From an uncultured Oligoflexus sp. (GTDB taxonomy: Bacteria; Bdellovibrionota_B; Oligoflexia; Oligoflexales; Oligoflexaceae): DNA of 12,754 nt. Both the position numbers and the translations under genes were made by a program. Shown here piece by piece: positions 7,248-12,754 of this stretch; positions within the stretch are counted from its first letter, which is position 1; each line of letters opens with the position of its first letter. The notes below the pieces were generated by a model, which saw only the letters and a program-made list of their open reading frames with translations, was not told the origin of the DNA and did not search any database. The stretch spans positions 1 through 12,754 of the forward strand of contig CAXSGP010000119.1 in assembly GCA_964236955.1 (NCBI GenBank). Reading direction: 5' to 3'.

Positions 7248-7540
7248 TCACGACGTGTCTGAATCCTTAAGCAGATCGGTGCATCCCATGATTGCGCCGA
7301 GCGGCTTTCGAAGCTCGTGGCTCATATTCGCCAGGAAAGCACCTTTCGTGCGGCTTGGACTCTTCTGCGGCTTTTCTCGCTACACGGAGGTCACTCGTTC
7401 TCTATTCAACTTTTTTCTCCAGTTCCTCTTTAGCAATTTTCAAAGTGGCGTTGGTCGAGCGGACTTTATCATTGCGCGCGTAGATTTTCGGAAGTCCCGA
7501 CTTCTGACGCTCCTTGCCCAATCGCCAGCACTCGCTGATC
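7248..7540 (-). pseudogene. Decayed sensor histidine kinase fragment (possible HAMP end, coiled coil, HisKA H-box)
   Basis: Reads KVRSTNATLKIAKEELEKKVE-[TAG 7404-7402]-RTSDLRVARKAAEES-[extra A at 7355/7356]-SRTKGAFLANMSHELRKPLGAIMGCTDLLKDSDTS-[TGA 7250-7248]. This is the classic LE-x-x-V-x-x-RT-x-x-L signalling helix plus H-box. No ATPase domain follows. Confidence 0.88.
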
Positions 7541-8130
7541 CCAGGCCCAATATTGGAACAACGGAGCTGCAGGAAATGCCAGAAGCTCTCTGTTCCTTTG
7601 GGGGAGAAATTAAGTGGCATAAAAGTCACAATAGGTATCCCTAAACCAACTTTTTTGTTAGAAATAAATGTCGCGAGGTAGATTGCCCATCGACGGATGG
7701 CGGGAAGTGCGCACGTCGATTTGTAAAATCCCCGAAGCTATTCGTAAAGTGATTGAAACTTATAGAGCTTTGAATAGAGCCTAATTTACGCTTTCGCTAT
7801 ATCGGCAGATTCCTTCACATACTTACTTTCAGGTTGCACTGGCTACACGAGTTGGTGCGTACACACACTAATTCTGAAAGCGACTCGGAGTCTTTGAGTG
7901 TAATCCAAAACTTTGCCAGATCGCGCTTTATGATTCGTTACCATCAAAGTTTTTGCTGAAATTATGGTGGGGGTCTAAATCCGACGCCTTCGTTCCCATC
8001 ATTGATTCAATCAAACAGGTCATTGATTTCCAGTGCTTCAAAGCTTCGCCTTGTCGACGTTTCACTCGTCCAATATTGTTTGCGCAGGGGTTCAATTGAC
8101 GACTTTCTAGCAGTCACATGCGATACCCCC

Positions 8131-8160
8131 TTGCTTTATTCATCGCAACATTTATATTCT
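8131..8160 (+). promoter_or_regulatory. Putative sigma70-type promoter of the hybrid kinase
   Basis: TTGCTT (8131-8136) with TATATT (16-nt spacer) or TATTCT (18-nt spacer), about 65 nt upstream of the start codon. Confidence 0.35.
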
Positions 8161-8223
8161 CGGTCTACAGTCAAGACGTAAACTTAAAGCCAGATTGCGA
8201 ATGAAAAGGTAAGGGAGGTTATC

Positions 8224-10917
8224 TTGTCAGCGCTTGCCGCAGTACGAAGTATTCGAGTAGAAATAGAGATGGCCTTTGGGTATTTCCCGCCATTTTTTGA
8301 GCCTGCGCTCGGAAATCCGGTGATCCTGGAAAATCTGTGGTGTCAGACCCGTCTTAGCTATCTTTCAACCCCCATATCATCCGTATTTAAAGAAAAACTT
8401 GGCTTTGTGATCGCAAGATTCCTTTACGTCCCATACTGCTTGCTCTGTCACTGCTCCAGCCTGAAACCCCTAGGGGTAAAAGGTCACACCATCCGCGCGC
8501 TCTTGGAAGTTCCTATTTCGACGCTAGATCAGGACTCTGAAGCCCTTGGTCTGTTGATTGGACCTCTATCAGTGTGGCCAGAGGCAGACTCAAGCGCCGA
8601 AGGTAAGCTCATGGAAGCCGCCATCGTCATCTACTTCGGTCGGGATAACGGACGAACGGCTGCTGTGCTCAAGGAACTCCTGTCCGACGAACTGTTCAAT
8701 TCCCTCTGTCTGCTGCTATCCTACTTTCATATGAGCATGCAGTGGGCAAAGACTCATCCCGAAATTTCGTATCTTAAAGACGAACGCTATATCCTGCACT
8801 TTGAAGGTATCCTTGCTGAAGAACCAACTCTTCTATCCTTCCTTGAAGGCTTTTTATCATCCGCCGAAGGTCGGAGCGACATTCCGATGTCCTTGTATGA
8901 GTTGGAAGCTGACCGGCGGCGGCTGTCGGAGGAACGCAATGAAGCCTTAAAAATGCTAGAGCAGGAAAAAGCTTGGCTGGCACAAATCATAGAGGAGGCA
9001 CCCGTCTGGATCAGCATGATCTCAGTTCCCGATCGTCAATATATAATCGCGAATCACGACTTTCGCCGAATGGCAGGAACCGACGATATCATTGGCAAGA
9101 CAACCGAGGAAGTGTTCCCCAAACTTGCCAAGATGCCGAACTGGGAAGAATTTAATCGTATTTTCGACGATGGGGTCACAAGGCATATTCCGGAACAGGT
9201 TATGATCGCTAATGATGGCAAGACATTCTACCGGAGGATAGTTAGGAAGGCAAAGCGAAATGCTAAAGGCGAAATTGAAGGTGTGCTCACGTTTGCGATG
9301 GACATCACCGAGCAGGTCTATGCTAAAAAAATCGTAGAGGAGCAAAAATTTTGGTTAGAGGCGACCTTTGATAGTCTGCCCTTTGGACTTCTGTTTTTAG
9401 AACAGAATACCCATAAAATTTTATTCGTCAACGAAGTCGCATTTGGACAGGTAGGGCAAAAGTATGGGATAGAAAAAGGCCAAGTGCTGAATTTCAATGT
9501 CCTCGACGTCGCGGACAGTACAGGTAAAAAAATCGAACAAGAGGCATTTCCCTCCAGCCGGGCTGCTCGGGGTGAGACAGTCCGGAACGAAGTCCTTCGT
9601 TGGAAGGCCTCGGCGGGGGAACTATTTTTGTCCGTTAATGCCTATCTGCTTCCATCTCTATTTGGCCAACCGCCTACGATTGTCCTCACCTATACGGATA
9701 TTACCCCGCTAATAGTTGCTGAAACCGCCAGCAAAAAAGCCCAGGCCGAATTGCAGATCGCCATGCAAAATGCAAAGCGCGCCAACGAAGCAAAAAGCTC
9801 ATTTTTAGCAAATATGAGTCATGAGATTCGCACCCCACTTACCGCCATCATGGGTTATACAGAACTTCTTAATGAGGAAGGATTGGGTTCTGAAGAACGT
9901 TCTGAATTTACTGATGTGATCAATCGGAATGGCAAGGCCCTGCTCCGTATCATTGAGGATATTCTTGATCTTTCGAAGATAGAGGCAGGTAAACTTCTCA
10001 TAGACATCAATAATTTTTCAGTCTGCGGTATGATTTCGGACGTGGTATCCGTATTTAGCGATAAAGCTCGTACGAAGGGCCTTGATCTCATTACTGTTTT
10101 TACAGGTGACAAGTCGGAGCGCTTCCTCTCAGATCCGGTTCGTCTGCGTCAGATCCTAGTAAATTTAGTTGGGAATGCTGTAAAGTTCACTGAATGTGGG
10201 TATGTAAAAATCACCGCTCAAGTCGATCCCAAAGGGTCGAGTCGAGCCACCTTATTTTTTACAATTGAAGACAGCGGTATAGGCTTACGACCCTGCGAAA
10301 TAGAACGGCTCTTTCAGCCCTTTGTCCAGGCGGATAACTCTAATTCGCGGCGCTATGGAGGAACCGGCCTAGGACTGGCGTTGTCACAGCGTCTAGCGCT
10401 AGCTCTAGGAGGAAATATTTTTCTTGCCCACAGCACCCCTAATAAAGGGAGCACTTTCGTGCTTTCTGTCGACGTGGGATATGCAACGGATCCTGTGTCC
10501 GTTCCCCATCCATCGAATACAAGCCTCTTATCGCCAAAGGTTTTGGAAGGGTTGAAAATTCTCCTCATAGAAGATGCTCCTGAAAACACCTTTTTGGTTT
10601 CTAATATTCTTAGAAGCTATGACGCCTATGTGGAAACTGCGGCAAACGGCCTTGAAGGAGTTAAAAAGGCTGAAGCGGCGCCTTTTGACGTCGTTCTCAT
10701 GGATATTCAGATGCCTGTCATGGATGGGTATGAGGCTTACCAAATCTTAAGGTCGAATGGATTTAGGGCTCCCATCATTGCTTTGACGGCCCATGCAATG
10801 GTTGAAGATAAACGTCGCACCCAGAACATGGGCTTTGATGCGCACATCACCAAACCTATCGATCGCCTCCTGCTCATTGATTGCATTGTCAAATGCGCGG
10901 GCGGTTATCGCCAATAG
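8224..10917 (+). CDS. Cytoplasmic hybrid sensor histidine kinase: AhpD/CMD-like domain, PAS, PAS, HisKA, HATPase_c, REC
   Basis: TTG start with strong SD GGGAGGT (8213-8219). H-box FLANMSHEIRTPL (His533), N-box QILVNLVGNAVKFT, G1 EDSGIG, F-box FQPFVQAD, G2 GGTGLGL, receiver LLIED...LMDIQMP (Asp827)...ITKP. Two PAS/PAC units end in MDITEQ and TDITP. The N-terminal ~210 aa carry FKEKL...PYCLLCHC. Confidence 0.95.
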   Translation: MSALAAVRSIRVEIEMAFGYFPPFFEPALGNPVILENLWCQTRLSYLSTPISSVFKEKLGFVIARFLYVPYCLLCHCSSLKPLGVKGHTIRALLEVPISTLDQDSEALGLLIGPLSVWPEADSSAEGKLMEAAIVIYFGRDNGRTAAVLKELLSDELFNSLCLLLSYFHMSMQWAKTHPEISYLKDERYILHFEGILAEEPTLLSFLEGFLSSAEGRSDIPMSLYELEADRRRLSEERNEALKMLEQEKAWLAQIIEEAPVWISMISVPDRQYIIANHDFRRMAGTDDIIGKTTEEVFPKLAKMPNWEEFNRIFDDGVTRHIPEQVMIANDGKTFYRRIVRKAKRNAKGEIEGVLTFAMDITEQVYAKKIVEEQKFWLEATFDSLPFGLLFLEQNTHKILFVNEVAFGQVGQKYGIEKGQVLNFNVLDVADSTGKKIEQEAFPSSRAARGETVRNEVLRWKASAGELFLSVNAYLLPSLFGQPPTIVLTYTDITPLIVAETASKKAQAELQIAMQNAKRANEAKSSFLANMSHEIRTPLTAIMGYTELLNEEGLGSEERSEFTDVINRNGKALLRIIEDILDLSKIEAGKLLIDINNFSVCGMISDVVSVFSDKARTKGLDLITVFTGDKSERFLSDPVRLRQILVNLVGNAVKFTECGYVKITAQVDPKGSSRATLFFTIEDSGIGLRPCEIERLFQPFVQADNSNSRRYGGTGLGLALSQRLALALGGNIFLAHSTPNKGSTFVLSVDVGYATDPVSVPHPSNTSLLSPKVLEGLKILLIEDAPENTFLVSNILRSYDAYVETAANGLEGVKKAEAAPFDVVLMDIQMPVMDGYEAYQILRSNGFRAPIIALTAHAMVEDKRRTQNMGFDAHITKPIDRLLLIDCIVKCAGGYRQ

Positions 10918-10920
10918 GGC

Positions 10921-11319
10921 CTAATGGGAAAAATCTTCTTGCTCTCCAATCAAAGGCTCGCTGACAATTTTATGCAATACGTTAAATAAACGGCTTAGGC
11001 TCACAGGCTTTGGCATGAATGTTATGCCAAAGCCGGTAGGCTTGTCGCAGGAAACACCAGACATTACCACGACCGGTATCGCTTGGATCTTTTTTAGCGA
11101 CGAGCGAATTTCAAGAAACTCCCAACCGTTCATAATGGGCATCATAAGATCGAGAAGGATGATGTGAATTTCTTTCAATGACGGAATGAGATGAATAGCC
11201 TCCTTCCCGTTTGCGACAGCAAAGACCCGGTAATTACGCATGGCTAGTGCTGACTCCAGGAGGAGTCTTATATCGTCATTGTCCTCGACTAGCAAGACGG
11301 TGAGGGGTTCCGTTGACAT
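10921..11319 (-). CDS. Single-domain response regulator (CheY-like receiver)
   Basis: LLVEDNDDIR, phospho-acceptor LLDLMMPIMNG, VVMSG and MPKP, with no output domain. ATG 11319 is preferred over TTG 11325 because of the spacing from the SD-like AGGGA. Confidence 0.93.
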   Translation of the reverse strand: MSTEPLTVLLVEDNDDIRLLLESALAMRNYRVFAVANGKEAIHLIPSLKEIHIILLDLMMPIMNGWEFLEIRSSLKKIQAIPVVVMSGVSCDKPTGFGITFMPKPVSLSRLFNVLHKIVSEPLIGEQEDFSH

Positions 11320-12628
11320 TGACAAATTCCCTATTAGAATTTAAAGGCAAAAGCACAGTGAAAGTCGAACCTTTGCCAAGTTCACTTTTCAACTCAATAC
11401 TACCACCATGGGCCCTAATTATTTCTACGACTATATATAGACCAAGACCAAGCCCCCGTACATCCAAGCGAGTATCGAGCTGCTCAAAACGATTGAAAAT
11501 TCTTCCCTTTTCCTCATCAGATATTCCTATGCCATGGTCCTCAACGGTAAAAACGGCTTTAGAGTCCTCAGTGCCAACCGATAACTCAATTGGCTGATCC
11601 TTGCTAAATTTTATGGCATTATCAATGAGGTTGACAATGACCTGCTCAACTCTTTGGCGATCAAAAAAGCCGACGACTGGTCGCGGCGCGATAAGCTTTA
11701 GATGGCCACGATATTGAACATACTCCTCAATGAGATCTTGTAACACCTCGACCAGGTCTAGGCTTTCAAGTTCCATTTTGAAGTTCATGGACCGGATGCG
11801 GGCGACGTCAAGAAGGTTATCGTTGAGTTTAATGAGTCGGTCACAGAGCTTATTCAATCGCAGCAGATCCTCTTTATATTCATCATCTAATAGCGACACC
11901 TCGCTGTTCAAAGTCTTCATCATCGTGAGTTCAATCTGCATTTTCATTCCAGCAATTGGAGTCTTTAACTCATGCGATGCTACAGAAATAAATTCGTCCT
12001 TGGCTCTGTTCAACAGTTCGGCCTGTTTTCTGGCTTCAAGTTCGCGCAGGTAAAGTGCTTCCAGAGCTTCTTCATGACGGGCACGTTCAATTGCAACACC
12101 AGCGAGGTCGCGCGAAACCTCCATCAGACTCATATCAAAATTATCAGGAAGTATTTCTTCCGTATAGTAGAACGCGAAAGTGCCGACAGGCTCTCCCTGA
12201 CTGTCAAAAATCGGCAAGGAGGTACAGGCTTTTAACCCATATTTCAGGGCAAAAGGTCTGGCCGCTTCCCACAAGGGATCACTGTCGATGCTGGAGACAA
12301 AAACGGGATTTCCCCGGTAAATTGCCGTCCCGCATGAGCCATTCTGCGGCCCTACCTTAAGTCCATCGACATAGTCGTTGTACTCCTGAGGAAGACTGGG
12401 AGCCGCCGCAAATCGCAGTATTGATTTAGACGGATCAAGCAGTAGGACAGAACATATCGCTCGTCGAGACTGATCCTCCATAAAAAGGATGAGCTTGTTA
12501 AGGACTTCCTTGGGTGACTTCCCTTCGGCTACCATACGCAATAGTTTATTTTGGCCTTTCAAAAGAATCTCAGGCCTTTCAAATCGCGAATAATTTTCAG
12601 TTCCTTGCAAATGTTCTAGGGTTTCCAT
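11276..12628 (-). CDS. Cytoplasmic GAF-domain sensor histidine kinase
   Basis: 450 aa. GAF (CSVLLLD...GSCGTAIYRGNPV...DPLW...ACTSLPI...GTFAFYY), H-box FISVASHELKTPI (His219), N-box NLIDNAIKFS, G1 EDHGIGI, G2 GLGLGL and GKGSTFTV. SD AGGTGAGG at 12638-12631. Confidence 0.95.
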   Translation of the reverse strand: METLEHLQGTENYSRFERPEILLKGQNKLLRMVAEGKSPKEVLNKLILFMEDQSRRAICSVLLLDPSKSILRFAAAPSLPQEYNDYVDGLKVGPQNGSCGTAIYRGNPVFVSSIDSDPLWEAARPFALKYGLKACTSLPIFDSQGEPVGTFAFYYTEEILPDNFDMSLMEVSRDLAGVAIERARHEEALEALYLRELEARKQAELLNRAKDEFISVASHELKTPIAGMKMQIELTMMKTLNSEVSLLDDEYKEDLLRLNKLCDRLIKLNDNLLDVARIRSMNFKMELESLDLVEVLQDLIEEYVQYRGHLKLIAPRPVVGFFDRQRVEQVIVNLIDNAIKFSKDQPIELSVGTEDSKAVFTVEDHGIGISDEEKGRIFNRFEQLDTRLDVRGLGLGLYIVVEIIRAHGGSIELKSELGKGSTFTVLLPLNSNREFVNVNGTPHRLASRGQ

Positions 12629-12754
12629 TGCCTCACCTATATTTAGGCGACAAATTCGCTCATGGCGAAATCCTACAACTATTTTGGATCACTGAATACA
12701 GTAGGGGCTGTTGACGTTTGAGATAAGTGATTGAAAAGTACAGGCAAACTCGTA

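Noticed and set aside
7237..7644. 135-aa and 63-aa plus-strand ORFs, and the 75-aa minus-strand ORF as an independent gene
   Set aside because: They are explained as antisense shadows and a fragment of the kinase pseudogene.
8002..8014. TTGAT-TCA-ATCAA dyad resembling an FNR box
   Set aside because: The spacer is 3 nt rather than the 4 nt of TTGAT-N4-ATCAA. It could bind another factor, but there is no support.
8437..8451. CLLCH as a c-type heme attachment motif (CxxCH)
   Set aside because: The protein has no export signal, and covalent heme c attachment normally occurs outside the cytoplasm. The surrounding pattern fits an AhpD-like helix better.
25..12714. Remaining short ORFs of the six-frame track that overlap the called genes
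   Set aside because: They lie antisense or out of frame within well-supported genes and show no recognisable motifs.
12736..12754. AAGTACAGGCAAACTCG resembles the 5' start of a c-di-GMP-I (GEMM) riboswitch
   Set aside because: It is cut by the window edge; only 7 nt (GGCAAAC) match and the GNRA loop and GCAAA elements cannot be seen.

Overview
Bacterial chromosomal window. It starts with the last 20 codons of malate synthase A (aceB, too short for the ORF track) and an intact isocitrate lyase (aceA), i.e. a glyoxylate-shunt operon. Next come an unexplained ~60% GC segment (about 1490-1900), three exported proteins (a lipoprotein DRGH-type non-specific nuclease, a secreted HExxH zinc metalloprotease and an uncharacterised lipoprotein) and an MthK/TrkA-type 2-TM RCK channel with a non-canonical filter (TVGYE). 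The rest is a signalling cluster: a decayed histidine-kinase pseudogene hidden in the 7.0-8.2 kb gap, a soluble 897-aa hybrid kinase with an N-terminal AhpD-like Cys/His domain followed by PAS-PAS-HisKA-HATPase-REC, and a convergent GAF kinase plus single-domain response regulator. The best leads are the AhpD-like putative thiol or metal sensor on the hybrid kinase, and the stem-rich minus-strand segment between the nuclease stop and a terminator (candidate structured RNA, or a decayed gene). I saw no CRISPR array, tRNA, rRNA or mobile element. The exported protein families suggest a Bdellovibrionota/Oligoflexia-like host, which is inference only.
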